DNA from: Eledone cirrhosa
Taxonomy: Eukaryota
Length of the DNA: 64,000 nucleotides
Direction: 5' to 3'
Assembly (NCBI GenBank): GCA_964016885.1
Contig: OZ024740.1
Span: forward strand, 131,378,001-131,442,000
Below, piece by piece: positions 40,657 through 56,829 of the stretch. The position numbers and the translations under genes are program-made. Numbering within the stretch: the stretch's first letter is position 1; each line of letters opens with the position of its first letter. A model generated the notes under the pieces. It saw only the letters and a list, made by a program, of their open reading frames with translations. It had not been told where the DNA came from and ran no database searches.

Positions 40657-40810
40657 AACCAATAAACGTAATGAAAGAGTTACCTATCGAACTTGTTAAC
40701 TTATTTCACTATAATTCACTCTGTCTAGCTCTACACCTCGACACTGAATTGAACCGAAACATCGAATGCTCGCCCAGGTGAACCTACAGTAACTCCGAGT
40801 TACACTCCCT

Positions 40811-40855
<45 letters not shown>

Positions 40856-40942
40856 TACGTTATTCCGGGTTGAATCGGAGCTAACCACAGCAAGTAAGGT
40901 ACTCAATACATAACAGAGTATAAAAGTGTTAATACAGATGAG

Positions 40943-40989
40943 ATTCTACAGGACAAGAACTGTTTCAATCTTTAGAAATCATCAGGAAT
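40943..40989 (-). ncRNA. Type I hammerhead in a short insertion between TA tracts
   Basis: Reverse: ATTC-CTGATGA-weak stem II-GAAA-CAG TTCTTGTC CTG-TA-GAAT. Confidence 0.65.
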
Positions 40990-41559
40990 ATATATATATA
41001 TATATATATATTATTTGTTTGGAAACATAATCAAGTTAAATTAATTCAATAATAAAACACTCATAGCAATAATAAGCTTGTTACCAGAAGATTGACAAGT
41101 CGACCCTAAATATTACTAATAGCTCTTTTTAGGGGAGACATACAATTCTAATTTTATTTTTAGTTTCGCCACCGTCTGTCGTAACTCGCTCGCTCTGCAA
41201 ATGACGCTACTCAGCCGATATGTACTTACGAAAATGCTATATGTTAGGGCGGAACTATCCGGTGTTTAATCCATCAGGAATATTCCTCAAGGGGTATGAA
41301 AGGTAAATTTGCATCGTGACAGAAACAGATAACCCTCAATCTCTCCTGATTATTATAAACTAGAAATATCGATGTGTTTCCTACACCATCACAGAAGCCA
41401 AAGTTAGTGATAAATAAAGCCACGTGGGTTTAGGCTTTACTCATTAACAAATGCGATATAAATGACATTATACCATATTATGATAGACATAAGTATACAA
41501 AACCTAAGCTGCACTAGAATGAACACTAAATGTGGATAATATTTATAAACGCTAATAAT

Positions 41560-41737
41560 GATTTCTAATATAGACACAAGACAAGCAATTTTTGGAGGGA
41601 AGTCGGCTACATCGACCCCAGTGCTTTAATTTATCAACCCCGTAAGGATGAATGGCAAAGCTAACCTCGGCGTGATTTGAATTCAGAACATAAATGACCG
41701 TATGCATGTTGTCCGACACTCTACCGATACAGCCAAC
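41560..41737 (-). mobile_element. SINE copy
   Basis: CCCCGTAAGGATGAATGGCAAAGCTAACCTCGGC..ATTTGAATTCAG..CTCTACCGATACAGCCAA. Confidence 0.75.
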
Positions 41738-41954
41738 ACCTACTTAGCAAAAGTTACAATACACACCGTGCTAACCATGAATGGGGCACAACGGGCAATG
41801 TTCATCAAAACATGTTAATCGAACCTTCTTATAAATAATACTTATTTTAACGCCTATATACTTGTAATCGTAGAGTATCACTATATCGAGAATATCAATG
41901 TATATGTATAGTTATTTGATAACCACCTCACCCCTATAAGTTCTTCATTCATTC

Positions 41955-42128
41955 AGTAGAGCCTCGAACAGCATGCTTTTCGGCATAGTTAAGTCCCTTT
42001 ACGGTTTGAGTTCAAATCCTGCCGAAGTTAGCTTTGCCTTTCATCCTTACAGGGTCGATAAAATAAAGTACAAGTAATGTACTTGAATAATTGCTGGCCT
42101 TGTGCCAAACGTAGAAACAATCATTATT
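41955..42128 (+). mobile_element. SINE copy
   Basis: GAGTTCAAATCC..TTTGCCTTTCATCCTTAC..GTGCCAAACGTAGAAACAA. Confidence 0.8.
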
Positions 42129-42307
42129 TATTCACACGCATGCATATATGTATCTAAATCATCATCTTTAGTTATATACTTTTATATACTTACTTTTATT
42201 TTCAATAGTTTTATTTGAATTTATAATACTGAATAACTATCGAGGTCATATTTGCGGTTACTCATACATGAGCCTATTGCGACAGCTACCGCTACCACCA
42301 CCACCGG

Positions 42308-42374
<67 letters not shown>

Positions 42375-42939
42375 GCTGCTAATACAGTTTTTTAAGGGTA
42401 TTCTCTAAAACCCGAAACAAATTTAATTGTAATTGGCAGCCACAGCTAATTCTTTGTTGTTTACTATTTCTTATTTTGTTCTCAGACCATCCCACACAAA
42501 CAGCGGGCGATGTGAAACAAACTTGTACTAGTGCGATAAAATTAATCAAATGTGAAGAAAAACATCACCTACTGTGAGGACGAATCTTACAACTACGGGC
42601 GTTTTTTTTTTTAACTGCCGGCATCAAACTCTACTACACATCATCACTAAAACATCTATTTTAAAGGGTCAAATTAAACTTTAAACACAAATGTGGTCAT
42701 AAGCAACGACAGCAGCAGTGACAATAACAACAACACCACCAACAACAAAATATTTGTATACACGAACATCATACCAGAAATAACCACACCCTACCATTAA
42801 CAAGAGGAAGCCAACTCCAGCAACAGTGACAATAACAACAACACCTGCAACATCAACACATATATTTTCATGAGTTACAGACTCATCTTTAGCCACATGG
42901 TTCTATGAGAAATTACTAACATGCTCGTGTGTGTGCGTG

Positions 42940-45452
42940 CAGATCTCTGGGTCTTTCCGCTGGGAAAAAAACCCGGTTTTGCTTGTCCACCTATTTATTA
43001 ACTAATTATTTTACTTTCTTGTGGGTCCCCTTCCATGTACCCCCTCCCTTTTTTCTGTCTTGTCTTCTGTTGCCTCCAGATCTGGTGTAGGTGAGCTATG
43101 AAGCCTCACTCATATCAGCACTTTCCCTTCCACCCACATAAATATGAGCCTAGCACCCAGAGTAATGACAACCAGCCACTTGCTCTTGATGCGGCTTGGT
43201 GCCCCAGTCCCCGGCTCCACGCCATATTTTCCATCCCTACCAGTCAACACCTGCAGCATTTGCAGCACCACGAACAGGTGGAAGAAGGTCCGGAACTGTT
43301 CGGAGTGCGGCTGTTTCTACCACCTGACATGTGTTGGCTTGAGGCGTCGAGCCTCCAGTGCCATCTCAGTGTAGAGATGCAGCAACTGTCTCTCCACCTC
43401 ATCTGCTCAGACGTCGGCGTCTGGCACACCCCCAGATGAGACAGCGAGAATCGCTGATGCTCAAGCTTCGCTAGTCGACATCGATCGGCTCAGGCGGCTT
43501 CGGAATATTCCGCTCAGGGTCACGAGAACGGCCCGAGTGCCGCTAGCCGATGCTATCGCCTTGTCACTTGAGAGAGCCATGGACTCTTCTCTCGCGTGTT
43601 TTCAATCCTCCAGCCCTCAGCCAGTGCCAAACGTTTACGTGACTGCGTAGACGCCAAACTGGCCATGCATGATGTCTCGGCTGCAGTTAGAGTGGTTTCC
43701 TGTCCTCCAACACACCGAGCGGGTCACATTTTCCCTACGACATAAGAACCCTGCGCCACCTACTGACCTCAGACCCATAATCCCACCTGATCTTCACTTG
43801 CTTCTCGAGGCTTCCGACGCAGACATCATGTCTGCCATCAAGTCCTTCCAAGCTAGCAGCAGTGGAGGTGTTGATAATCTCCACCTGGGCACCTAAAGGA
43901 GCTGTTATCCCTTCTCTCAACTGAGGCCGGGTACTGCCATCTGAGTACGATTGTGGCATTTACCAATAGGCTCATCCATGGCACCCATGATCCTCACGCC
44001 CGAGTCTTCTTTTCCAACTAGCCTGACCACTCTCGGGAAGAAAGAGGGTGGCATATGTCCCATCACTGGGAAAATGTCTTCCGGAGGCTGGCTGTTAAGT
44101 CCATCACACATGAACTGCATGAGGAGCTCAGTCCGATACAACTTCGTGTAGACGTTTCCCGTGGCTGTGAGGGGGCCGCAGGTGCAACCAGGCAGTTCTT
44201 AATAGTTGCCCACCGGAATCGGTATCCAGGGACTCCAGGCACGTCGTTGTCAAGCTTGACATGAGGAATGGCTTCAACAGCATACGCCGTGAGCATCTGC
44301 TCGACGCCTGCCCATCCGAGCCCCTCTGCCTAGCCGCTGGCTTACCTGTCATACGGAGTCCCGAGCATGCTTCTTGCTGCTGATACGGTCATACCTTGCG
44401 CCACTGGGTTTGACGTCATTGGATGGCAACAGGCCCACATACCTGTTAGAAATAGTGGCCTTGGTTTCCGGTCCCCGATCTCTCTGGCTTTGTCGGCGTT
44501 TCTTTCGTCGGTAACCTCATGCCGTGTCCTTGTCAGCAGGATCTCCAAAACACATTGGAACCCTCTATGATGGAGGAACGTGAGGACGCCTACGAAGCGT
44601 GGGACCGGCTGGGACTTAGCCCAGTAGATACCCTTCCTCCATCTCGCCCTACTGACATCAAGTCCACTCCACCCAAAGCATTTGGGATCCCACCCAGTGC
44701 GACCTGGCCTCAGACCGGCTCACGCGCCAGCTCGACCAGCACTGCCTTGCCTGTTTGTGAGTGGGCTCAAACCCCCAAAGTAGTGCCTGGCTACATGCCT
44801 CATCCACCTTCTCTAATGCCACGCATCTGGACAACGATAGATTGTGCATTGGCGTTTCCCTGAGCGTTGGCCTCCTGATCTTCGAGCCACACAAATGTCG
44901 CTTCGGATCCACTGTGGACACTTTCGGCTCCACCCGCTTTCCTGACGTCACAGTGACTGCCGCCTTCCATCCATGCCGCCCCCAACGAGGTCATAAAGCA
45001 TGGCTTGGATGCTGCATGCTTTTCCTCCCAGCTCTAGCAAGTAGGGCTTGACTGAGGGGACGGTAAAAGGCCAGACGGTATGACCATCTTCCCGTTCCGT
45101 CTGGGATGCCACTTGCAGTAACACATTCTTCAGCCGCTACCTGGGGCAGTTTGCGATTAATCCAGGTTATGTTGTACTTCGGGCTGAGGAAGGCAAACTC
45201 TCCAAGTACCGGTCGCCCTTCGACAGGTTTGCTGTAGTGCACTTGGCAGTGGAGACTTCCGTTGTCCTTGGACTTAGGGCTACCTCCCTGCTCACCACCA
45301 GGGAATAACATCAAAACCCAAGCGAGATATATCACACAAGTAATAAATGATTGCAATACCTCTCTGCTACGGTCGTATTTATTACATAATAGACACAGAT
45401 AATATGTATATATATATATAAAATCTCTATATATATATTAGTAAAAAAAAAA
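42940..45452 (+). mobile_element. CRE-clade-like REL LINE with N-terminal PHD finger, internally deleted
   Basis: AIKSF..SSGGVDNL, KKEGGICPI..VFRRL, QLRVDVSRGCEGA, KLDMRNGFNSIRR, QAHIPVRNSGLG, SAWLHA, KRPDG; RT core (YxDD region) absent; A-rich end near 45450. Ends approximate. Confidence 0.75.
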
Positions 45453-45520
45453 GTAAATGCTGACAAATTTTTCCCAGTGAAAAATAGTTTAATTAGGAAT
45501 AAGTATAAATCAGTATAAGT

Positions 45521-45687
45521 AATTGTTTCTACTTTTGGCACAAGGCCATCAATTACCCAGTACATTACTGGTACTTTATTTTATCGACCCCGTAAGGATG
45601 AAAGGCAAAGTTAATCTCGGCGGGATTTGAACTCAGACCGTAAAGGGAGGACGTAACTATGCTGGAAAGCATGGCGTCCGACTTTCT
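45521..45687 (-). mobile_element. SINE copy
   Basis: Near-identical to 22420-22599, 5' end truncated. Confidence 0.88.
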
Positions 45688-47589
45688 AATGGTTAGTATT
45701 CAGTTTTAGTTTTAAGTTTTTACCGGTTGCGCATTTCTAATGCTTTTCAAAAATAATTTTGAGATAGAGAGCTCGTGGAGGGTGTGTGTGGGGGTGCGTG
45801 CGTGTGTGCGTATGTGTGTTTGTGATTGTGCGTGTGTGTGTGTGTGTGGGTGGGTGTGTGTGCGTGGGTGTAATGTTGTATAGAAATGGCTTCTACAGTA
45901 GGACTGTTTCATTCGAAGGAAATTGTATATGTATGTGTGTGTGTATGTGCACGTGTGTGGGCATGGAATGACTTTTTTAATGATATATAATTCAAATGCT
46001 ATTCATTTCTTTGAATTTGTTTCTAAATGCCGTGTATCATCAATATCTTTTAGGTATTGTCATTTCTAATTTACTTTTATTCAGTATACGATATACATTC
46101 AATACATCGTCAAGAAACATACCTTTCTGACACTGGTGGTTGCCGTCTTAATCCTGGATCATTTTATGAGTAATATGTATTCATATCGAAACAGAAGTGT
46201 TGAACAACGAATTAATAACGTGCGTCTGTGTTACTAAACAGAAAAGCAAATAAATAATAGAATCTATGTATTTAGGCATGTTATAACATCTATCCTCCCC
46301 AATGTATTCGTGATCGAGCCACCAGTTGGAATCTAAACGGAACCTCAAAATATTAACTGCCATCTAGACAATTTGTAAAATGCGTGATACATTATTTTAT
46401 AATGTTATTCTGATATATTGATTTGTTAAATCAACAGTGATATGGACGTTGAGTTGATGGAGAGAATAGTATATATATATTACGACATGTAAGGTAAGAG
46501 AAGAAAAAATTGTTCTCAGTGGGACTTATATCATTGATTATATATTACAGATAATTCTTTCAATGTATGCGATATTCTCTGTGTTCAGTAAATAATTCCT
46601 TTCCTGTTTCTAGAAATCAAATTAATGACCTCATCGCCCTTATTTATATACCAGATATATGTCCTATTTACTATATATCATCACCTTAATAGAATAAGAT
46701 TCTCCAGAATCGAAATATATCAATATTGCTTCTTATGATCAATACATTCATATCAATAACACGGGTCAATATATAGTCTCTTGAGATTTATTGATTACCA
46801 TTTTGGTGGCTGACTGTGCAGGTGATTGCCCCCGTCTGCATATATTTAACATCAATGGTTTCTATCATATAAAATTTAATCTCATTTTCGGACCTGTTTG
46901 CAGAATAATTGCTTCAACTGGAAAGGTTTTATCTCAAGAGATTATTGCCAGCCAGATTAATTTCAATTCGGAGAGTTTTATTGATAGGTTTCAAATGAAA
47001 TATGGTGTTAGTTAGCAGTAAATATCACTGTTCTCTGTACTAAAGAGGCGCTGAAGTTTTATCTCTCTTTCACTAAGTATATGTATCAATCGATGATAAT
47101 AATTCTGGAGAATTCGTTAGAATATTAACAGCTGTGTAACTGAACCACATGAATGCATCTACAACAATGTAGTATTGAATCATTGAAACTTTAATAATTG
47201 AGTCGTATTGCTCAATTCATTGTTTGTGTAGTCTATTTGAGAAGAATTTATAAACGTATCGAAGTAATTTCTGGTTCGATTTCAACTAATGAGCAGAACA
47301 ATATCTACTCCATTCCAACGTCCTCAGTTTTCTGAGGGAATTCTCTGAATTTGGAACCAATAGTATTTGCAGGCAATAATAATTGTATATTATCTGGCTG
47401 ATTCGTGTGTGACGGGTGGCCTTTCCTTCTGGAAAGGCGCCTATGCAGTAGCAATCGGGAGTCATAATCCTTTTTTTCAAAAACGGAGATGAAACAGATT
47501 GCTCCAATTATAGGGATATGTGCATGTATGCCAAGCGACAAAGTCTACACTTTATGTATGACAAAGAAATTTCAAGTCCAATCTAGCTA

Positions 47590-48331
47590 ATGAACAGTAT
47601 GTGTTTCACCCCACACGCAGCGCAGTTGCCAAATATTCACACTGCAGCAAGTCTTTGAGATTTCTTGGGAATACTTCTAATTGTGTGTATTTTGTTTCGT
47701 GGATCTCAAAAGATATATGACCGCTTTCCACGGGAGATGCTGAGGAAGGTTCTGAGATATGAGATTGATGGTCAGCTTCTTCTTGCCCTGATGTCTCTAT
47801 AGGACTGCCCGAGGAAATGTGTTTGGATGAATGGTACTAAATCTAAGCCACTTCTTGTGCGAGTTTGATTCCCCCAATGATGCGTTCTCATATACGCAGA
47901 CGTGTTGGAAGAAACATCACGACTGGCACCTGTAAAATCTCGTGTAATGTGAGAAAGAATACGATCCCGAAAGAAAACTGTCGAATTGAGGTTCCTCCGA
48001 AGTGATTTTAGATTAACGTTACTCGATATAGTACGCAGCTCGGATATCAGAGTGTCGCTCCAGGTAAAACGGCTACTTCTCCGAATTAGCAGATTCCAGC
48101 TATCATCGGCAGGAGACGCATGCTATACCCAGAGATAGATGGTCGAATATCGTCCATGACCTTGGCTGGTCTCGCTTGAAAATCCAGCCGACTCAGTTGG
48201 GAATGCTTGCTTCTGGCAGGACCGGCTGCAAGGAGTGTTGGGGACTAAGCCCCAACGACCCTCTCGTGAAGAAGAAGAAGAAGAAGAAGAAGAAGAAGAA
48301 GAAGAAGAAGAAGAAGAAGAAGAAGAAGAAG
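47590..48331 (+). mobile_element. Decayed RTE-like LINE fragment ending in a (GAA)n tail
   Basis: FVD..YDRFPREML RT remnant and ELRFLR...RSSDIR C-terminal motif; (GAA)n at 48269-48331. Confidence 0.6.
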
Positions 48332-50131
48332 AGTCTATTTGTTTGAAGACTGCACATCTCTCACTACGCTCCTCTCAAATGTTGCTAATCCCTCGGGATA
48401 ATTTAACTTTTTAAAATCATGTTCAATACATAAGCTTAAGATTTAGAAAATTACTAGGGATCTTCTTATTAAGGTTGAATTAAATATATGGTAAGTGAGA
48501 TCAATAATTACATTTTTATATTTGTGCAATTTTAATTATATCATGAGTATTGTGACAAGCAGAAATGTGTAATCAATAGAGGACAGTACAGCATGAAAAG
48601 AAGACTCTACACGGTTACAACCATTGAATGTGTGCTCTTAAATTTGGGATAATATACCCAGGCAGTTCTAAATGCATTATTTTCACTAATGACAATTCCT
48701 TTTCAACGTAGATGAGTGTGCTGATGCACGACTCCCCACAGGGATAATATTGTACATGGGATTTGATATCCTTAGAATAATTGTACGTTGAGTGACCACA
48801 ACATTGGCATGTGTAGATTGGTGAACGATTAAACATACACATATCAAGTTGGGTTATCATGTTAAACATTTTCTTAATTGCATGTGTAGGTGAATTTGAA
48901 GATGATTTTAGAAACAAATGAGGGAGTTTTGATTGGTCTAATATTTTATTTTAAATTAATTTGTTTCTTGATTTCTAATGTCAATGTTCTAATCATACTT
49001 TATTCGTCTTTTTCGCATGTCTGTAATGTTGTTGCATATGATTTCTAATATATGTCGTGTATAATTACCTGTTATGTGTAGGCTGCTTATTGAAATGATT
49101 ACTTGGATTTGATGATATGTTATCATGTTGGTAAAGAAAATAAAACAAAAAGGAACATAAACAAAGCAGATATTGGTGAAATACATAGGAGCTAAATTTA
49201 TTGTGCTGATAACGGTATATGCGATTGATATAGGGTTGACGTAAATGCATACCTATGTTTCGAATACGACCGGGTCTGGTTTTAGTGCCTTCAATGGAGC
49301 TCAGTCTATTCATAGATCACTAGTAAGCTAAATGAAAATGAGATACCGACAATGTTGCAGCTAAGGAATAATCGGTTATAATGGGGATAGTTTACATATT
49401 GGCGGGTTGCGCTATTTCGTAAAATGTTTAATAATCTACATAAAAATGAGGTCGAATGCTTCACGGAAGATTATTGTAGTTGGCTAGAAGGATGTTCGTT
49501 TTCTGTTCTTAAGATTGTTAGTGATGTCTCTAAGTTTTTTTTTAAAGAATATTTGAAAGCATACATAGAAGGTAGTCGATGCTCTTAATACTGCTTTGTA
49601 TGGATAACATTTTTTGCGTCATATTTGAGATCGTTTACAGTTCACTGATAATTTCAAGCAGTATGAATGCGTCACAGATTATTTTTATTTGATGAGCCTC
49701 TGATTATGTCCAGTTACCTGACTTTCCGTATAACATTTCCACTGCACATTTGAAGGATAAGACAAAGGTTATTTTCCGAGAGGATAACTTCATTTTTTTC
49801 TATTTATTTAGATGTCAGTGTTGTGGAAAATGTAACTAGGTATTGTTAGAAAAAGAAAGTAGTTTTTTTAAAGCATATAAATAAACATATTACGATAATT
49901 AATTATGCCATTTGAGCAGGTTCTCAAGTAAACAGGTTTAGATACCAATTTCATTAAAAGTAGTGGATTTTTGCTTAGGTCTGTGGAGATTCTCGAAACC
50001 TATATTATAAATATGTTCATATATTGGCACGTATATATTACTTACATGTTGTATTAGATTTCAATATATTTTGCAGCTGCTCCACACGATTTGTTGTAGG
50101 TAAGTCTACAGTAAACACACACTGTCCCCAC

Positions 50132-50236
<105 letters not shown>

Positions 50237-50237
50237 T

Positions 50238-50667
<430 letters not shown>

Positions 50668-50668
50668 C

Positions 50669-50715
<47 letters not shown>

Positions 50716-50716
50716 C

Positions 50717-50762
<46 letters not shown>

Positions 50763-50765
50763 ATA

Positions 50766-50830
<65 letters not shown>

Positions 50831-50831
50831 C

Positions 50832-51489
<658 letters not shown>

Positions 51490-51504
51490 CATATATATAT
51501 TTAC

Positions 51505-51640
<136 letters not shown>

Positions 51641-51667
51641 CTATATATATATATATATATATCTATA

Positions 51668-51733
<66 letters not shown>

Positions 51734-51735
<2 letters not shown>

Positions 51736-51922
51736 AACCAGTAAGACCCCGACAGCTGAGCTCAAGCCGTTTCGACGGCTAATTCTGGACAGAATTAGCC
51801 GTCGAAACGGCTTGAGCTCAGCTGTCGGGGTCCTACTGGTTCCTATTACCCACTCTACTACCTCAAGTATCGAGTACTTTGGTGCGTAATGGTCCACCTG
51901 GTTCCTTACCACATTTCCTTCG

Positions 51923-51924
<2 letters not shown>
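51734..51924 (+). mobile_element. Palindrome (51734-51843) plus about 80-bp one-sided tail; fold-back PLE-like insertion
   Basis: Same palindrome with the centre inverted; tail matches the reverse complement of 56161-56240. Confidence 0.8.
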
Positions 51925-51991
<67 letters not shown>

Positions 51992-51992
51992 C

Positions 51993-52087
<95 letters not shown>

Positions 52088-52088
52088 C

Positions 52089-52230
<142 letters not shown>

Positions 52231-52497
52231 CATAATATATTATTATATTATATATATGTCATATGTAATCATGGCACAGAAATATGAAATATACATGATG
52301 CGTAATCAATCAGAGAATTAAAAAACAAAGTTTTGTTTTCCGTATAGAAAATGCATTGAATATCATAGCAGCCTGTCATGAACTGCTTACATAATTTATA
52401 CAATTACCAATATTAGTTGTAGCAAAAGAAAAAAATATTGTTATAAATGAAAAACTAATGCTGTTCTTTTTATCTGCATTTTCTCGACGCTTTGCTC

Positions 52498-52577
<80 letters not shown>

Positions 52578-54111
52578 TTATTTATTTACTTATGTATATA
52601 TATTTGATATATGTGTAGAGCGAGAGTGGGTGAATAGAGAGAGAGAAATAGCGAAAGTTAAACAGATATACCTATGATTATATTTGTGTATGTGCGCACT
52701 TGCGTGTTTTCTTGTATTCTATTCATTTATATCCAAGTATTAAAAATAGGTAATAGGTATATAATATGTGTAAGTATTTTGAGGTGACAAATTGCTCACT
52801 TATTTAATTTCGATACCTAATGATTGTTACCAGTCCGGTACATAAAGAAAAATTACATTCAAAATGAAACACACGTACACTCAAATAAATACATAAAGGG
52901 AGACATATGCATATGTAAACTCAGACTCACTTACACATACACATTTAGACATATGTACAGAAACATAAATATTTAGAAATTGTTAAATTTAAACATATAT
53001 TTACATATATATTTATAGTGTTAACTGTCATTATTCAGAAATGCGCAGCAGATGCTTATTAAATTTATTATAGTTCTACTACTTGCCCTTTCCTATAAAA
53101 ATGTTTTCTCAAATAAATATTTTAAATTCAATAAAATTATTGGTTTTTATTCATATTATTTTACACTTATTTTCACTTGTTTCAGGTAACTTATTTACTT
53201 TACCTAATTGGTGTTTTTCGTTCTTCATTATTTCACTTTATCCCCTTAAGAACACTACACATTACTTTAAAATACATTTATTTGATCGTGTATCCCACAC
53301 TATCCTAGTCATTGTAAGGCTACTTCTAAAAAAAAAATACTTCATTAATATCATTAATATCATTTCGGATTTCTCCTAATTTTCTGTTTAATTCGTATTT
53401 TACTTTAAATTTCAAACTTATTCCATCACGGTTCATCTCTTCTCTGCTGCCAATATTCGTCTAGTTTCTTTATTAATGCTATCTATTCTTCTCTTTAAAA
53501 TTGCTTCTTTTATTTCATTTTTATTTTCATATTCCATCATTCTTCACTCACTCATTACTTCACACATCAACATTTGCATAAGTACGTATGCGCCTGAATG
53601 TTTGTTCATGTGTATGCGTCAGTTTGTTTATCACTTTGTATATGTTTATTTTAATATTTCTTCAAATTTAACTTCTTGTTATATGAATTCTATGGAACAG
53701 AAAGCAAGACGTCTTTTTGGTGTGAATAACTTCCTAATTAAGCACGGGATGCATGTAAAAATTATAAACAAATAAATATGTAAAATATAGTAAAATAAAC
53801 TGGAATCAAGAAATGTTTCTCAAAAATGTTATTTTTAGAAGAATAACATATCAAAACAAGTATCTGAATTAGAGTAAGATATTTGAATATTATTAACAAC
53901 AACAACGACAAAATAAAAAGAAAGTAAAAAGTAATGAATCTAAAAAAAAACACAACAAAGATTAAAAAAAGCAAAATGCCGCATTGAAAATATCCAATTA
54001 AAATATATAAAATATACAACAAAAAAAGGAAAAAATAATTTTGTTGATATATCATGAGATCTCATCAATGATCGAAAGAAATAAACACTCGCAAAAACAA
54101 CATATATTGTG

Positions 54112-54179
54112 TATGTATGTATGTATGTATGTATGTATGTATGTATGTATGTATGTATGTATGTATGTATGTATGTATG

Positions 54180-54208
<29 letters not shown>
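54112..54208. repeat. (ATGT)n microsatellite
   Basis: Seen directly. Confidence 0.95.
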
Positions 54209-54210
<2 letters not shown>

Positions 54211-54472
54211 TATGTATGTATGTATGTACAAATACATGTATGCTAGTGTTTACGTATGCATATACATATATATATGAACCATCGCATAAATATAATGTGG
54301 TATTTACAGTCAAGGGCAAAGAGAAACCTTATACACAATGATATTGCTGCCAACTGTTTCGGAATTAGAATTGAAGTAAATTATCAGGCTATGTAAAATA
54401 AGCGCGTTAGTGTAGAATTTAAAGTGTTTGTTAGTAACAAAGTCATTATGAAGTACATATCACAATAATATG

Positions 54473-54540
<68 letters not shown>

Positions 54541-55681
54541 CATGTATGAATGTGAAAGGTAAACATAAATAACAACACAATCGATAGAGTATATGGAAGG
54601 TATATATTAGGTTAAAGCTTGATATAGCAGGGAGTGGATCTTAACGTTTCTGACGCTAGTCCTTCTTGCATGCATACATATGAATGTGTCTATTTATAGG
54701 GCACGTGTGCCTTGCAAGTGTGTACGTATGCATATTGGTGATAGTCTTAAATGTATCAAGGAAATAAGAGTGTCATGCAGACACATTGTTAATAACTTCT
54801 TGTGATCTGAACGCAAATCCAGCCTCGGTCAAATTTGCATCTCATCATTACAGAATCGATAGAATAAAGTACGTGATTTGAAAATGATATTCCATAAGCA
54901 TTGATTCAAAGATACAGAGTTTTTTTTTATTTCTCGAATACCTGACGCATACTGCTTAAATCGAATTCAAATTGAAAAAGCATTACATATATTTCCGCTT
55001 AACTGATCCACTCTCTTCTATTTTCTTCCTCTTTGTTTACTCTTTTCATATATCATTTATTAACTGATCTTTATTTCATTTTCAGCTTGATTCATGTTTA
55101 TGTTTATCCCATTATTGTATATGATATAATAGCTAAGATGCTAATATGATCACTACAACTGCTACATTCATTGATATCGATTCCTACACGCTCCTATTTA
55201 ACTGTGATGTGTTGCTGCGCTGGATGTTTTTTTTGTGTGGACAATAACGTCATTTCCCCTCATCAACATATGGTTTATTAACACTTTTGTTTTGTGAGCT
55301 ATCAAAGACTGGCCGTCAAGTAACATCCAACTGCTAAATAATTTACAACTCAGCTGTTACCAGTGTGCTGCGATGCCATCAGATCATGGGGATACCACGA
55401 CGTTTAAGATGGCAAGTTAGTTGTAAGACTGGAACTATATGCAACCAATGTCTAGTTGTTGTTTACGACCTTATAGATGATGCTGCGAAGATGTTTGATC
55501 TAATTCATATCTTAGCACGTCTTTGAGAAAACAACTCGAATAACATGCCCATGACATGTTATTTGATATCACGGAATGGAGAAGGCTTGAGGAAATTGTA
55601 TTCATTTCATTCATGTAAATTTGTGTTTACGATGTGGCCGTATGTGCTACATAATATTTACCATGAAAATACATATATCAT

Positions 55682-55747
<66 letters not shown>

Positions 55748-56116
55748 CCAATATTAGATGTACCCGAATTGAATGAGTAGCGCAGGAGTATCCGCTTTGA
55801 AGATTTATAGGTGGTCAAGGACGCTGTGACAAGTGCTCTGGACACCTTCACATTAGAGAATTAGAAGGGTGACTTCCAGAAGAGGTTGGAGATTACAACA
55901 AGTGCATTTAATTTAAAGGGGGATCTTTAAAGGTAACCATAGTAAGTATAGTTAATTTTTAAAAATTTACTTTGAAACTTTATCTTATTTGCTCAACCTT
56001 GATTATATATATTTTGGCTCGTTAATTTATTAACCTGCCATTGAACCACATTGGCATATGGTTGGACAATACATGTGTCCCTTAGTGCCTTGTGCGTGTA
56101 GGAACACATATCCTAT

Positions 56117-56160
<44 letters not shown>

Positions 56161-56162
<2 letters not shown>

Positions 56163-56367
56163 ACGAAGGAAATGTGGTAAGGAACCAGGTGGACCATAAC
56201 GAACCAAAGGACTCAATACTTAGGGTAGTAGAGTGGGTAATAGGAACGAGTAGGACCCCGACGGCTGAGCTCAAGGCGTTTCGACGGCTAATTCTGGACT
56301 AGAATCAATGTAGTCCAGAATTAGCCGTCGAAACAGCTTGAGCTCAGCCGTCGGGGTCCTACTCGTT

Positions 56368-56371
<4 letters not shown>
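56161..56371 (-). mobile_element. Independent copy of the palindrome-plus-tail element, with the longer central hairpin retained
   Basis: Arms 56241-56301 and 56311-56371, loop GAATCAATG; tail 56161-56240; (TA)n flanks. Confidence 0.82.
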
Positions 56372-56405
<34 letters not shown>

Positions 56406-56640
56406 TATATATTATATATATATATATGTATATATATATATAGAATAGAATAAAACGAAATTTCATTTCTCACTCTTAGTACGGCACTTACTTAAATGTA
56501 AGTATGCATGTATGTATACGTACATCCATATATGTATACAGACGTACTGTAGTATGTATATATATACATATATGCACTCATATATATGCACGTATCGGTT
56601 TACCGAACATTTATTATAATGCTCGGTTTGTTTGTTTGTA

Positions 56641-56829
56641 AACAAACAAACAGCCTGAATTATGCCATACAGTGTTTAGGAAACCACGTCACCTTATTGT
56701 TCAACACTGACACAAGAACGATGTACTAGTTTTAAGCTTATTAGCTATCGTCATCATCGTATACCTTCCTGCCAGATGGTTGAAAACTGCCTAAACACTG
56801 CACGGCGTAATTCGGGCTGTTTGTTTGTT
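56641..56829. mobile_element. MITE with about 40-bp TIRs and TA flanks
   Basis: AACAAACAAACAGCCTGAATTATGCCATACAGTGTTTAGG / CCTAAACACTGCACGGCGTAATTCGGGCTGTTTGTTTGTT, TA on each side. Confidence 0.65.

Noticed and set aside
46130-47545. Possible host exons or pseudogene (also 16900-17900 and 29290-30030)
   Set aside because: Only short ORFs with no recognisable domain or consistent splice pattern.
48600-49980. Possible very old minus-strand PLE ORF (Cys-rich fragment at 48615-48917)
   Set aside because: No diagnostic RT or GIY-YIG motif could be read with confidence.
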